Source: Spirochaetia bacterium (GTDB lineage Bacteria; Spirochaetota; Spirochaetia; DSM-2461). Taken from it: DNA of 64,000 nt. The position numbers were made by a program, and so were the translations under genes. The notes under the pieces were generated by a model. The model was not told where the DNA came from and made no database searches. It saw nothing but the letters and a program-made list of their open reading frames with translations. The DNA lies in assembly GCA_963668315.1 (NCBI GenBank), contig OY764216.1, positions 1-64,000 of the forward strand, given 5' to 3'. Shown in pieces: positions 52,257 through 62,521 of the stretch (the first letter of the stretch is position 1; every line of letters begins with the position of its first letter).

Positions 52257-52267
52257 TCAGAAAAAAA

Positions 52268-53308
52268 TCAGCGGGGAAAATCAATCATGATTTTGATTTC
52301 GTCATCGGGCAGGGTCGCGGCATATTCAAAGGCCTTGACGCCCTCTTCGAAATCGTAGGTTTTCGTCACAAGGGGGGCCACATTAAGCTTTCCCGAAGCA
52401 ATGAGTTTAATAACCCGCGGATAGATATTCACGTAGCGGAAAATCGTCTTCAGCTGGATCTCCCTGGCCTGCAGGGCGACCACATCCATGGGCACCGGGG
52501 CGGAAGGCATGCCTATGAGGACGATGGTGCCGCCGGGAGCGACATAGGAGGCGATCCCTTCGTAAGCCTTGACGCTTCCGCTGGCTTCGAAAACAATATC
52601 CACGCTGGAGAGTCCCGATTCCCCCAGGACACCGGCTATGGACTGGGATTTCAGATCAATCGCCGTGATTTTTCCGGCATAATTCTTCTTGACGAAATCC
52701 AGTTTCTCCTTTTTGATATCGGCGATGAAAACCTGAGAACAGCCGGATGACTCGGCGGCGAGGGCCGTGACGATACCGATGGTTCCGGCGCCCATGACAA
52801 GAGCCGTATCCCCCGAGGAGATATTCGCCTTATTGGCCGAATGCATGCCTATGGCCACCGGCTCCACCAGAGCCCCTTCATGGAAGGAGACGTTATCGGG
52901 GAGCTTGAAAGTAAGGCTTCCCGGATGCACCACCGACTCCCTCATGCAGCCGTGGACGGGAGGGGTGGCCCAGAATGAGACGGCCGGATCCAGATTGTAC
53001 ATGCCGTGAAGGGTCTCATCGCTTCTGAAATCGGGGATTCCCGGCTCCATGCATACCCGGTCGCCCACCTTGAGGTGGCTTACCCGGGAACCGACTTCGG
53101 TCACGATTCCGCTGGCCTCATGGCCCAGAATCATCGGTTCTTTAACGATAAAATCGCCGATATTTCCTTCCCGGTAGTAGTGAACGTCGCTTCCGCATAT
53201 CCCCACCGCCACCGGTTTTATCCTTACATCATCGGGAGAGAGCTCATCGTTCAGCTCATAATCCCTGAGAGTGACCTTACCTTTTTCTTCCAATACAATA
53301 GCCCGCAT
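52268..53308 (-). CDS. Zn-dependent polyol dehydrogenase (xylitol/sorbitol dehydrogenase-like)
   Basis: 'GICGSDVH', 'GHEASG', 'ATPPVHG', 'GAGTIG', 'IFRY'. Confidence 0.88.
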   Translation of the reverse strand: MRAIVLEEKGKVTLRDYELNDELSPDDVRIKPVAVGICGSDVHYYREGNIGDFIVKEPMILGHEASGIVTEVGSRVSHLKVGDRVCMEPGIPDFRSDETLHGMYNLDPAVSFWATPPVHGCMRESVVHPGSLTFKLPDNVSFHEGALVEPVAIGMHSANKANISSGDTALVMGAGTIGIVTALAAESSGCSQVFIADIKKEKLDFVKKNYAGKITAIDLKSQSIAGVLGESGLSSVDIVFEASGSVKAYEGIASYVAPGGTIVLIGMPSAPVPMDVVALQAREIQLKTIFRYVNIYPRVIKLIASGKLNVAPLVTKTYDFEEGVKAFEYAATLPDDEIKIMIDFPR

Positions 53309-53504
53309 ATACTCACCTGCCTAATATGAAGTTGGTGAAAATTATCCCACAGCCTCAGCCGCCCGTCAACTAAAAACAGGAACGGGAAGAGACAAATAGA
53401 ACAAAAGAAAAAGATTTGCATTGACTGTAATAATACTCTAAGATTAAAAGTGAACTGCCGTGCCCCCCATAGACTGATTCATCGGCGGTAGAGAAACAGG
53501 GATA

Positions 53505-55952
53505 ATGAAGAGAAAATCGATCGGTTCAAAAATAATGCTCCTTTTCATAGGGGCCCTCCTCTTTAATATTCTGTTCCTGATCTCCTTCATAGGTATCAGC
53601 GGATCAAAATTCCTCTACTCCCTGGGAGACCGCTTTCTGGGGGATATATTATTTCTGACGGAACATCCCATAACCCACAGCCTGGAAGAGGGCGACTACC
53701 GGTCCATCAGCCTTCTCATTGAAAGCCTGGTGGAGCAGGAACCCTGTATTGAGCAGCTATACGTCTATAACGAAATGGGAAGTCTGGCCGCGATGGCCGT
53801 CAGTCCCGACCAGACGGGACCTCCCTCTCCCCCCGAATGGTTGGATCTGACGTCGTCCCTGCAGGAAAATGAGGATTTCCCGGTGACCCGTTCGGGCATT
53901 CTCCGCATAACCCGTCCGCTTCAACGGAACGGGGATATTGCCGGGGCCGTCATCCTCTTCTACAACCGCAATCTTCTGACGGGACAGGTCAACCGTGTTC
54001 GAACGCTGTTTCTCATCCACTCCCTGACGATGCTGCTTATCGGCGGAGCTCTCTTCTATCTGGGGATAGGAAAGTTCACCCGCGCCCTCTCCGATCTCTC
54101 CCGTCTGACAAGCCAGTTCGGAACGGAGGACTACGATTTCCATTACGAATACGGGGGAAACGACGAGATCAGCGACCTATGCGCGTCTCTGAACGAAATG
54201 ACAAGCCAGATTAAAAGCAATTTCGATCTTCTGAAAAAAAGCGAAGAGCGCTTTGACCTGGCCGTGCAGGGCTCCCATGACGGGATCTGGGATTACACCC
54301 CTTCGGATGACAGCTTCTACGCTTCTCCCCGCTGCCTCGAAATACTTGCCAGGGAAGACAGCGTGCCCCGGACATTGAAAGAGTGGACGGCTCTCACGAC
54401 CGAAGCGGACAAGGACATGATGGAAAGGGAGGTAAACCGGCTTCTCGCAGGCGAGCTGGAAGACATGCAACTGGAACTACGGGTGAATATCCCCGGGAAT
54501 GCCACTAAATGGATTCTCCTCAAGGGTAAGGGCATTTTCACCCCTTCGGGCCGCTGTATTCGCCTGGCCGGTTCCCTTTCCGATATAAGCCGCCAGAAAG
54601 AAGCGGAGGATAAACTGATTAAAGCCGCCATGTACGACTCGCTGACGAACCTCCCCAACCGGGCCTTTCTGGCCGAACGTCTCAAGCTGATCGTCAACAA
54701 GAAGAAAAGGTACTCGGATAAACATTTCGCCCTGCTCTTTCTCGACTACGACGGATTCAAGAAAGTCAACGATACCTACGGCCATTCCATGGGTGACAAG
54801 ATTCTTAAGATGATAGCGGGACGCCTTAAGCTCTGCCTGAGGCCGGAAGATCTGATAAGTCGGATCGGCGGTGATGAATTCATTCTTCTTCTGGAAGACT
54901 GCGGCGAGCATGACGATATAACCCGTATTGCCCAGAGGGTTCTGGAAGCCTCGGCCAGGGAGTTCGAGGTGGAGGGAGAGAGCATCTACCTCTCTGTCAG
55001 CATCGGAATCGCAACGGACGGAATCCCCTACAACAACCTGGAAGAACTTATCCAGTACAGCGACATTGCCATGTACCATGCAAAGAACAAGGGGAAGGGA
55101 ACATTCTGCTTCTTCAAAGAAGAGATGCAGTCCCGCATCAGAAATCAGTGGAGAATTCAAAACGATCTCCACAAGGCCATCAAAAACAATGAACTCTATC
55201 TGGTATTCCAGCCCATTCTCTCCCTTCGGGATTTCCATATCAAGGGGGCTGAAGTACTCATGCGATGGAACCATCCGATAAGAGGCCCCATATCCCCGGT
55301 GGATTTTATCCCCACCGCAGAAGAGTCCCATATCATCACTCAACTGACCGGCTGGCTTCTTGATGAGATCATCCGGATTAATCCCCTCTCCCTGCGGAAC
55401 AGGCTGGATGAGCCCATCAGAATCAGCTTCAACCTCTCCTCCCGGGATTTCCTGAGCAACCCCTCCATCATGAAAAAGATACGGGATGCCATTCCCTACG
55501 GCTCCCCCCTCTTCTCCTGTCTTGATGCGGAAGTGACGGAGACGACCCTTATCGAGAATTTCGAAATGGTGAACTACCAGCTCAGCCAGCTGAGGGCGAT
55601 GGGCATGAAAATCAAGCTGGATGATTTCGGAACGGGATTTTCCTCTCTCAGTTACCTCCACAGCTTTCCCCTGGACGAGCTGAAGATAGACCGTTCCTTT
55701 GTCTCCTCCATACCGACAAACCACGCGAAGGTCAGCATCGTCAGGCATATCATCAATCTTGCCCACGACTTGAATCTTAAAGTCATAGCCGAAGGAATTG
55801 AAAACAGGGAACAGCTCCAGTTTCTCATTGACGCCGGATGCGACATGGGCCAGGGGTACTTCTACTCCCCTCCCTTGAAATTCGATGAATTCCTTATCTT
55901 TCTAGAAGAGATGAAGAGTATAACTCAGCTCCCGGAGCATTCGGGGATTTGA
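53505..55952 (+). CDS. Membrane HAMP-PAS-GGDEF-EAL protein
   Basis: 'RPEDLISRIGGDEF' (I-site RxxD present); 'FQPI...AEVLMRW', 'DDFGTGFSSL', 'KIDRSF', 'AEGIE'. Confidence 0.93.
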   Translation: MKRKSIGSKIMLLFIGALLFNILFLISFIGISGSKFLYSLGDRFLGDILFLTEHPITHSLEEGDYRSISLLIESLVEQEPCIEQLYVYNEMGSLAAMAVSPDQTGPPSPPEWLDLTSSLQENEDFPVTRSGILRITRPLQRNGDIAGAVILFYNRNLLTGQVNRVRTLFLIHSLTMLLIGGALFYLGIGKFTRALSDLSRLTSQFGTEDYDFHYEYGGNDEISDLCASLNEMTSQIKSNFDLLKKSEERFDLAVQGSHDGIWDYTPSDDSFYASPRCLEILAREDSVPRTLKEWTALTTEADKDMMEREVNRLLAGELEDMQLELRVNIPGNATKWILLKGKGIFTPSGRCIRLAGSLSDISRQKEAEDKLIKAAMYDSLTNLPNRAFLAERLKLIVNKKKRYSDKHFALLFLDYDGFKKVNDTYGHSMGDKILKMIAGRLKLCLRPEDLISRIGGDEFILLLEDCGEHDDITRIAQRVLEASAREFEVEGESIYLSVSIGIATDGIPYNNLEELIQYSDIAMYHAKNKGKGTFCFFKEEMQSRIRNQWRIQNDLHKAIKNNELYLVFQPILSLRDFHIKGAEVLMRWNHPIRGPISPVDFIPTAEESHIITQLTGWLLDEIIRINPLSLRNRLDEPIRISFNLSSRDFLSNPSIMKKIRDAIPYGSPLFSCLDAEVTETTLIENFEMVNYQLSQLRAMGMKIKLDDFGTGFSSLSYLHSFPLDELKIDRSFVSSIPTNHAKVSIVRHIINLAHDLNLKVIAEGIENREQLQFLIDAGCDMGQGYFYSPPLKFDEFLIFLEEMKSITQLPEHSGI

Positions 55953-55977
55953 CAAGCGGGCCCGGTAGTTCTACCAT
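55949..55977 (+). promoter_or_regulatory. Sigma70-like promoter, probably giving a leaderless araC transcript
   Basis: TTGACA-17-TACCAT; ATG 5 nt after the -10 box; no SD. Confidence 0.6.
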
Positions 55978-55982
55978 GGGCT

Positions 55983-56747
55983 ATGCTCTATTACTGCCAG
56001 ACAGGAAAACGTAACTACGGGAACAGCCCGGTAAGAATCTATATGCGGCCCTATTGGGAATTCATGATTTTCCTCAAGGGAAAAGCCTGTCCCTCCTTCT
56101 CACGGGAGGAAAGGACCAATGAAAATCATAACTTCTGGATATTCCGGCCCGACTGCTCCCATGGATGGAACGACGAAACAAAAAAAGAGTGCGAAGTGGC
56201 CGTCTTCCACTTCGCCTCCGTTCCCCCGGCACTGGAAGAGAGGATGAAACTCTCTCCCCGCCTCTCCTGTGAACTGAGCGCCGATTTACGGGAGGAGATA
56301 AAAAACATCGCCCTGTCGGTCAAAGATCAGGTTAAAAAGCCCGGTCCCAACAGTCAGATGCTTTTCCAGCTCACGCTCCTCCGTCTGACCTATCTTTTTC
56401 TGGAAAACAGCGATCTCTCCCCCGTCCCGGCCAGCCGTGAGGAACAGATCGTAAACGCCGCGGTGGCCTGGTTCAGCTCCCATATGGAAGAGGGGGTCGG
56501 GGTAAGGGAAACGGCCGAGAAAATGGGCTATGATGTGAGTCACCTGCGAAGAATGTTTCAGAAGGTGAAGGGCCGATCCCCCCGGGAAGAGCTGCTCGAT
56601 GTGAAGATGGCCCGGGCCCGGGGGCTGCTCAGACAGGGGTCATCCGTTCTTGATACGGCTCTGGCCTGCGGATTCAACAGCCACTCCAGTTTTACCAGAG
56701 CATTCACATCCTTTACCGGCAAGCCCCCCCGGTATTATCTGACGTAA
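55983..56747 (+). CDS. AraC family regulator
   Basis: 'SHLRRMFQKV.G.SP', 'TALACGFNSHSSFTRAF...TG.PP'. Confidence 0.9.
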   Translation: MLYYCQTGKRNYGNSPVRIYMRPYWEFMIFLKGKACPSFSREERTNENHNFWIFRPDCSHGWNDETKKECEVAVFHFASVPPALEERMKLSPRLSCELSADLREEIKNIALSVKDQVKKPGPNSQMLFQLTLLRLTYLFLENSDLSPVPASREEQIVNAAVAWFSSHMEEGVGVRETAEKMGYDVSHLRRMFQKVKGRSPREELLDVKMARARGLLRQGSSVLDTALACGFNSHSSFTRAFTSFTGKPPRYYLT

Positions 56748-57403
56748 TCTCCGATAGGGGGAATATTTTTCAGCTCCTCCGCAATAAGCGAAGCGATCTT
56801 CTGCGCCCCCTTTACGGAGAGGTGGGTATTATCCTCTTTCCCCTCGGGATAATTCTCATACTCTCCCGGCGCTAGGATGAGAAAGTAGGAACGGGACTTC
56901 TCATCCCCCTCCTCTTCCAGCCAGCTGCGGGTAATCTCAGTCATATCGATTACGGGAATATTCTCCCTCAGGCCCAGCTCCTTCACCGCCGCCGGATAAT
57001 CACCGTGGCAGTCCGGATCCAGTTTATCGCCCAGGAAATGGCGGCGGTAGATGGAGGTAAGGAGAAGAGGATGGGCCCCGTTATCCCGGGCGACCCGGAC
57101 GAATTCAAGGAGCTTCTCCTGGTAGCTCCCGAAGGGCTCGGTATGCCTGTCGGGCTTGGGTTTCTGATCGTTATGGCCGAACTGAATAAACAGCCAGTCC
57201 CCCGGTTTGATCCGTGTCTCAATCTCGGCAAGCCGCCCTTCATCGATAAAGGATTTCGTACTCCGCCCATTCATGGCATGATTGGAAACGTGGACATCTT
57301 CCCGTAAAAAACCGGGAAGCGCCTGTCCCCATCCGGTTTCGGGATAAACGTCGTCCGTCTTATTAGCGCAGGTGGAATCACCCGCCAGATAGATGGTCAT
57401 CAC
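56735..57403 (-). CDS. Rhamnogalacturonan/pectin acetylesterase (SGNH, CE12-like)
   Basis: 'LAGDST', 'GWG', 'NGRSTKSF', 'QFGHND', 'DNTH'. Confidence 0.9.
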   Translation of the reverse strand: MMTIYLAGDSTCANKTDDVYPETGWGQALPGFLREDVHVSNHAMNGRSTKSFIDEGRLAEIETRIKPGDWLFIQFGHNDQKPKPDRHTEPFGSYQEKLLEFVRVARDNGAHPLLLTSIYRRHFLGDKLDPDCHGDYPAAVKELGLRENIPVIDMTEITRSWLEEEGDEKSRSYFLILAPGEYENYPEGKEDNTHLSVKGAQKIASLIAEELKNIPPIGDYVR

Positions 57404-58941
57404 TCATTACCTCCATTAATTTCAACATAAGACACTTCAAGAACCGGACGGGACGTTTCCTTAGTCCCCAGGCAGTAAAGGCCGAACCGGGCTCCGATCC
57501 AGCGTCCCTCCTTTGCCTGAAAGGGAGGTCCCATATAGCGGATCTGTCCCTCCTCTACATAACCGAACCGGCATAATCCTCCGGCATTCACAGAAACAAA
57601 GAGAACGGTCATCGCTCCTTCCAGGGGCTGCCTGTTCAGGATTTCCTCTCCGCGCCTGTAGGCAAGAAAGAGACCTTCCTCACCGCAGCAGATTCCCAGC
57701 CTTGCCGACTCCAGCCCGGTGACGGCAATCCCAGCTTCGTCTCCCGGGGAGAAATCCAGAGCCTCCATCGCAACCCGGGCGGTAAATTCGGGGGCATTGA
57801 TCTTCTGTCCGAGGATGCGGGGATACACACCAAAGGCCTCCATCCCCTCTATTTCCGGTTTATCCCCGCCGTAGAGTCCCCCCTTCAGCATAAGAGATGA
57901 ACCGGTCAGTTCATACCATTCTCCGGAATGATTGGCGTTCCACTGCCACTGGAGCCCCAGAGACTTTCCGGAAAAATTATCCGACGCAGCGGGGGCGCAG
58001 GGCTTGACCGGCGGGCCGGCCGGCTTCTTCCATGACGGAACGGGCTTGCCCACGCCGTCGCCATCCTGCTCAGTCCCCATCAGGGGCCATCCGTCTTCCC
58101 AGCGTACCGGCTGAAGATGGACGATCCTCCCCCAGGGCTTATACTCCTGAAAATGGATAAACCACCAGGCCCCCTCTCCGTCGTCCACGAGAGCGCCCTG
58201 GTGGGGGCCGTTTGTCAGGCTGCCCCTCTGGGCCAGTACGGTTTTTTCCTCATAGGGGCCGTATACCGAATCGGATCGGAAGATCATCTGCCATCCCTGG
58301 GCCACTCCTCCCGCGGGGGCGCTGATGTAGTAACGGCCATCGAATTTATGGAATTTCGGGCCCTCCAGGGTAGGGATACGCCCCATGGCATACACGGAGT
58401 CCTGCCCTTCTCCGAGAACGTTCCGCAGATCGGGAGAAACGGGAATAATATGGAGAATACTCTTCTTCTTCGCCCGGGAGTAGGCATACCCGTGAACGAT
58501 ATAGGCCTTCCCGTCGTCATCCCACAGGGGACAGGGATCGATCAGCCCCTTTCCCTCCAGCAGAAGCCGCGGCTCCCCCCACTCTCCCGCGGGGTCCCGG
58601 GTCTCGACGACATACAGCCCCTCATCGGGAGAAGGAAACACAATATAGAACACCCCCTGATGATATCTTATCGCCGGCGCCCATACGCCGCATCCGGGAC
58701 GGCAGACATCATACCGTTCATGGGGAAAATTTCTGATGCCGTGGCCGATAAGCTCCCAGTTCACCAGATCGGGGGACCTGAGGATCGGGAGTCCCGGTGT
58801 GCAGTTAAAACTGGAAGCGGTCATATAAAACCACTCGCCTACGCGGATAACATCGGGATCGGAATAATCGGCGAATAGAACGGGATTCCGGTAGGTCCCG
58901 TCTCCCCGGTCGGCCTTCCAGAGGGTGCTTTTATTTTTCAT
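57400..58941 (-). CDS. Glycoside hydrolase family 43 with C-terminal beta-sandwich
   Basis: 'YRNPVLFADYSDPDVIRVG', 'S.DLVNW', 'GVWAP', 'IDP', 'EGPK', 'PHQG'; start placed at MKNKST. Confidence 0.9.
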   Translation of the reverse strand: MKNKSTLWKADRGDGTYRNPVLFADYSDPDVIRVGEWFYMTASSFNCTPGLPILRSPDLVNWELIGHGIRNFPHERYDVCRPGCGVWAPAIRYHQGVFYIVFPSPDEGLYVVETRDPAGEWGEPRLLLEGKGLIDPCPLWDDDGKAYIVHGYAYSRAKKKSILHIIPVSPDLRNVLGEGQDSVYAMGRIPTLEGPKFHKFDGRYYISAPAGGVAQGWQMIFRSDSVYGPYEEKTVLAQRGSLTNGPHQGALVDDGEGAWWFIHFQEYKPWGRIVHLQPVRWEDGWPLMGTEQDGDGVGKPVPSWKKPAGPPVKPCAPAASDNFSGKSLGLQWQWNANHSGEWYELTGSSLMLKGGLYGGDKPEIEGMEAFGVYPRILGQKINAPEFTARVAMEALDFSPGDEAGIAVTGLESARLGICCGEEGLFLAYRRGEEILNRQPLEGAMTVLFVSVNAGGLCRFGYVEEGQIRYMGPPFQAKEGRWIGARFGLYCLGTKETSRPVLEVSYVEINGGNE

Positions 58942-59782
58942 CGCGGGTTTCCTGCCTGAACATGTCCTCAAGCCAGCGGCCGCTCAGGTCCATCCAGGTG
59001 GCCACGTGGGAATCTTCATGAACCGTCTCGGCCGTATTCGTTTCGGCCGTTGCCAGAGAAGCCCCATGGGCCCCGAAGGGGTAAACATGAAGTTCATGGG
59101 TCACACCCGCCCGTCTCAATCCCATGGCAAAAAGATAGCTGTTCTCCACGGGAACGGAGCCGTCATTTTCCGTATGCCAGATGAAGCAGGGGGGGGTCCC
59201 GGGGGTTATCTGTTTTTCCAGAGAGTGGTATTCCCGGGCTTCGGTACTGTTTTCCTCTCCCAGGAGATTATCGAAGGAACCGGCATGCCTGTACTCTCCC
59301 CCCGTAATGACAGGGTAGCAGAGAATCATAACGTCGGGACGGTTCATCCCCCTCTCGGGGCAGCACTCTTCCCTCAGCACGGGTTCATCCCAGTGAACAG
59401 CCAGACTGGCCGCCAGGTGCCCCCCCGCGGAAAATCCGCAGAGAGCGATATTCTCGGGGATGACACCCAGATCCTCCGCGCAGGAACGGACCAGAGCCAC
59501 CGTGCGGGAGACATCCCGAAGTCCTTCGGGATAGCGGTGGGGAGCCACACGGTAATGAAGCACCAGAGCATGATATCCCCTGCCATTGTAAGCCCGCGCC
59601 ACCGGAGCCGATTCCCGGGGAGAAGTAAAGCCGTAACCCCCGCCGGGACAGATAACCACGATGGGCCGGGGGTCGTCCCCCCCTATGAAGAAAGGTTCCA
59701 GCAGAGGCTTATCGTCCTCTCCGTTTCCGGCCAGGCGGCTCAGCTCATTCTGAATCCATACTACTCTCTCTTCCCTGTTCAT
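58931..59782 (-). CDS. Alpha/beta hydrolase (acetyl esterase-like)
   Basis: 'CPGGGY', nucleophile 'GFSAGGHLA', 'D.SVP..NS', 'HG.SL'. Confidence 0.88.
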   Translation of the reverse strand: MNREERVVWIQNELSRLAGNGEDDKPLLEPFFIGGDDPRPIVVICPGGGYGFTSPRESAPVARAYNGRGYHALVLHYRVAPHRYPEGLRDVSRTVALVRSCAEDLGVIPENIALCGFSAGGHLAASLAVHWDEPVLREECCPERGMNRPDVMILCYPVITGGEYRHAGSFDNLLGEENSTEAREYHSLEKQITPGTPPCFIWHTENDGSVPVENSYLFAMGLRRAGVTHELHVYPFGAHGASLATAETNTAETVHEDSHVATWMDLSGRWLEDMFRQETRDEK

Positions 59783-60768
59783 CCAAGTACCTCTTTATAC
59801 CAGCGGATCATATCCCGCCCCTGAATTTCGTGCCCTCCCTCGGGCACATATGTAACAAAACGATCACCACAGCCGGCCTGATCGTAACAGGCCCCCATCC
59901 TCTCCATGGCGATCTGAGCTCCCTTGAACGGGAAGACACGGTCATTCAGACCGGCTTCTATGTAAAGGGGACGGGGAGCGACAAGATGGGCTATTTCCGG
60001 CTGATCCGCAAGGGTCAGCAGACCGGGAATATAATTATCCGGGCAGTGGGTCTGCTCAAAAATACTCTCCCCGAAGGTAGAGCAGTATCCTGCCAGTCCC
60101 AGGGCGCCGATTCTTCTATCCAGAGCGGTGAGCAGATATCCCAGGAGCCCCCCTCCGGAAAATCCGAAACAGCCGAGTCTCCCCATCCAGAACTGTCTTT
60201 CCATAAGATCCAGTGTTACGAGGAGCTGCCAGAGGCGCAAGCCAGTCAGTGAATATCCCAGGGGGAGGAGCTTCAAGGCCAGGGTCCGGCAGGAATTATC
60301 CCCCGGGGATTGGCGGTCCTCCTCCAGCCGGCAGCGGCCGAATCCGATAATCTCAGGCATTACAACGGTAAAACCCGCTTCTGCCAGAGTTCGCCCGAAA
60401 GAATGATGGCACTCTTCGGGTCTATACTCCCCCGTCATGGCGCTGACTCCCGGGCCATGGCCGTTCAGGGCCAGAATGGTCATGCCCGAATCGCGTTCAC
60501 CCGAAGGGGTCAGAAGGGTTAAGGGAAAATCCGCTTCTCCCCGGACAAGGAATTCCTCATGGCAGTAATGCTTCTCCTCTTTCCGGTTCAGGGTTTCGAT
60601 GTTTTCGATACGCCTGGAAAAGGGAGGAATCCCCAGCCCGTCCCTGAGAGCGCCGCGGAAAGTCTCTTCCCAGAGGGATCGGTCTTTCCCTGTGAAATAA
60701 CCGGGAGAAAAACGCGGGAGAGTTCCGGCCAGCAGCTTGTCGATCAAAGCCTCCGGAGAGTAATTCAC
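59779..60768 (-). CDS. Alpha/beta hydrolase (dienelactone hydrolase-like)
   Basis: 'NGHG', 'GFGR', 'GFSGGG', 'HCPDNYIPG', 'APRPL', 'GGH'. Confidence 0.85.
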   Translation of the reverse strand: MNYSPEALIDKLLAGTLPRFSPGYFTGKDRSLWEETFRGALRDGLGIPPFSRRIENIETLNRKEEKHYCHEEFLVRGEADFPLTLLTPSGERDSGMTILALNGHGPGVSAMTGEYRPEECHHSFGRTLAEAGFTVVMPEIIGFGRCRLEEDRQSPGDNSCRTLALKLLPLGYSLTGLRLWQLLVTLDLMERQFWMGRLGCFGFSGGGLLGYLLTALDRRIGALGLAGYCSTFGESIFEQTHCPDNYIPGLLTLADQPEIAHLVAPRPLYIEAGLNDRVFPFKGAQIAMERMGACYDQAGCGDRFVTYVPEGGHEIQGRDMIRWYKEVLG

Positions 60769-60786
60769 AGGATATATCCTCCGGGA

Positions 60787-61758
60787 CTACAGGGAGAGCG
60801 TCCGTCCCTCATCGGCGGACTGACGGCTCTTCAGGCAGATTCTTGTGACATAGAGGGCATGGTGGGCCCATTCGTCACGGTTTTTCTTCTCCCGGATATC
60901 CTTCATAAGGGAGGGGAATATCAGTGGGGGTTCCAGGAGGGGAAGCTCCCGGGTGCCCTTTTCATCAACCACGGTGACGCGTCCCTCCTTGGCCTCCACG
61001 ACGGCCCGGGTTCCCACCACGCGTGTTCGGTCATCCCCATGGGTCTCGGCTCCGGAAGGCCTGAGGAAATCGATAGTCAACGTCGCCAGGGCATCCCCTT
61101 CCAGCTTGTAGGAACAGACGGCCGTGGCTTCAAGGGAACCGTTTCCTCCGTTCGCCACAGTGGAGTGCCAGGCATTGATTTCACGGAAGGACTTCTTACC
61201 GTAGCGGTAGATCCAGTCAATCCCGTGGGCTCCCACCCAGGGGATGGTTCCGGTATAGGTGTCCCGTTCCTTGCAGAAATCGGCCCTTTTCCCCAGCTTG
61301 TAGGATTTCTGCGTATTGATAATACGGATATCCCCTATGTCATTGTTATCCAGATATTCGGAGAGGGTATAAAGGGGAGCTTCATAGGAGATCCCGAACA
61401 TACCCGAAAGGTAGACACCCTTCTCTTTCCAGAGGGCCTCCATCTCATCAAGCTCCTCCTCCGTTCCGGTCAGGGGTTTTTCGGCGAATACATGGCAATC
61501 CTTTTTCAGGGCGTACAGGGTAATCGGCGCGGCCAGGCCGTACCAGGTATTGTTAACCACCATCTCGGGCTTAGCCTCATCGATGAGAACTTTCCAGTCG
61601 TCGTAATACCGGGCGTTTTTCATGGAAGGATGACCCGCCAGGGACGAGACATCCTCATCCGGCGTACCGGGGGCATAGGCGACGATTTCGTCACAATCAT
61701 CCAGTGTATCAAGAACGTAATTTTTATGGCCCGATGAGCCGATAAGGGCGATTTTCAT
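60787..61758 (-). CDS. Gfo/Idh/MocA family oxidoreductase
   Basis: 'KIALIGSSGH' Rossmann start, 'HVFAEKPL', 'WVGAHGID'. Confidence 0.88.
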   Translation of the reverse strand: MKIALIGSSGHKNYVLDTLDDCDEIVAYAPGTPDEDVSSLAGHPSMKNARYYDDWKVLIDEAKPEMVVNNTWYGLAAPITLYALKKDCHVFAEKPLTGTEEELDEMEALWKEKGVYLSGMFGISYEAPLYTLSEYLDNNDIGDIRIINTQKSYKLGKRADFCKERDTYTGTIPWVGAHGIDWIYRYGKKSFREINAWHSTVANGGNGSLEATAVCSYKLEGDALATLTIDFLRPSGAETHGDDRTRVVGTRAVVEAKEGRVTVVDEKGTRELPLLEPPLIFPSLMKDIREKKNRDEWAHHALYVTRICLKSRQSADEGRTLSL

Positions 61759-61850
61759 ACAGTTTACTCCTTAAGTCAACTTCTCGTATTATAGGAGAAA
61801 GGACCGACGGTCATCTTGACAGATAACATCGCCCCATTTGACATAATCGC

Positions 61851-62468
61851 TCATTTTGAAAAGTAGGTTGTAATACCCGTCAGCAGCATCTGTATGGACA
61901 TTGTGGTCAAAATCATCCCCATGAGTTTCTCTATGGCTCTCAAAACCTGAATGCCCAGTATCTTTCTCAGGCAGTCGGACAGAAGCAGAATGGTCGTGCA
62001 GATCAGGCTGGCGGAGAGAAGAGCCAGAGTGAGCATCATCCTCTGCGATGAATACTGGGTTGAGGATAAAATGACAAACGCCATGGCCGAAGGCCCGGCC
62101 TGCATGGGAACGGCCAGTGGAAAGAGAATCGGATCTTCCGGTTCCTTTTTACTTACCGGTCTCTCTTCATCACTGCTGCTGCCCAGATTCTTCTCAGGAC
62201 CGGGAAATATCATCTTGATGGCGATAAGAAAGAGGATAATTCCCCCGGAAATGCTCAATGCCGGTTGGGAGATATTGAGCCCCATCAGGAAATACTGCCC
62301 GAAGAACAGAAAGAACACCAGAATCAGAAAGGCGAAAAAGCTCTCCCTTAGTATGATGGCTCTCCTTCTTTTAGGAGAAAACAGTTCCAGAGTTGTCAGA
62401 AAAATGGGTATATTTCCGAAAGGATCCATGATAAGAACAAGCGTTATAATCGCTGTGTAGAGATTCAT
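61851..62468 (-). CDS. MarC/YhgN (NAAT) family membrane protein
   Basis: 'IMDPFGNIP.F', 'ISGGIILFLIA..M', 'PLAVP..AGP', 'EKLMGMIL'. Confidence 0.92.
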   Translation of the reverse strand: MNLYTAIITLVLIMDPFGNIPIFLTTLELFSPKRRRAIILRESFFAFLILVFFLFFGQYFLMGLNISQPALSISGGIILFLIAIKMIFPGPEKNLGSSSDEERPVSKKEPEDPILFPLAVPMQAGPSAMAFVILSSTQYSSQRMMLTLALLSASLICTTILLLSDCLRKILGIQVLRAIEKLMGMILTTMSIQMLLTGITTYFSK

Positions 62469-62489
62469 TATTCTATCCTCCGGCGTTAA

Positions 62490-62517
62490 AGTGTACCAGA
62501 GAGAGGGGGAATGTCAA
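62490..62517 (-). promoter_or_regulatory. Sigma70-like promoter of marC
   Basis: Minus strand TTGACA-16-TACACT followed by a GGAGG RBS. Confidence 0.55.
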
Positions 62518-62521
62518 GAGC

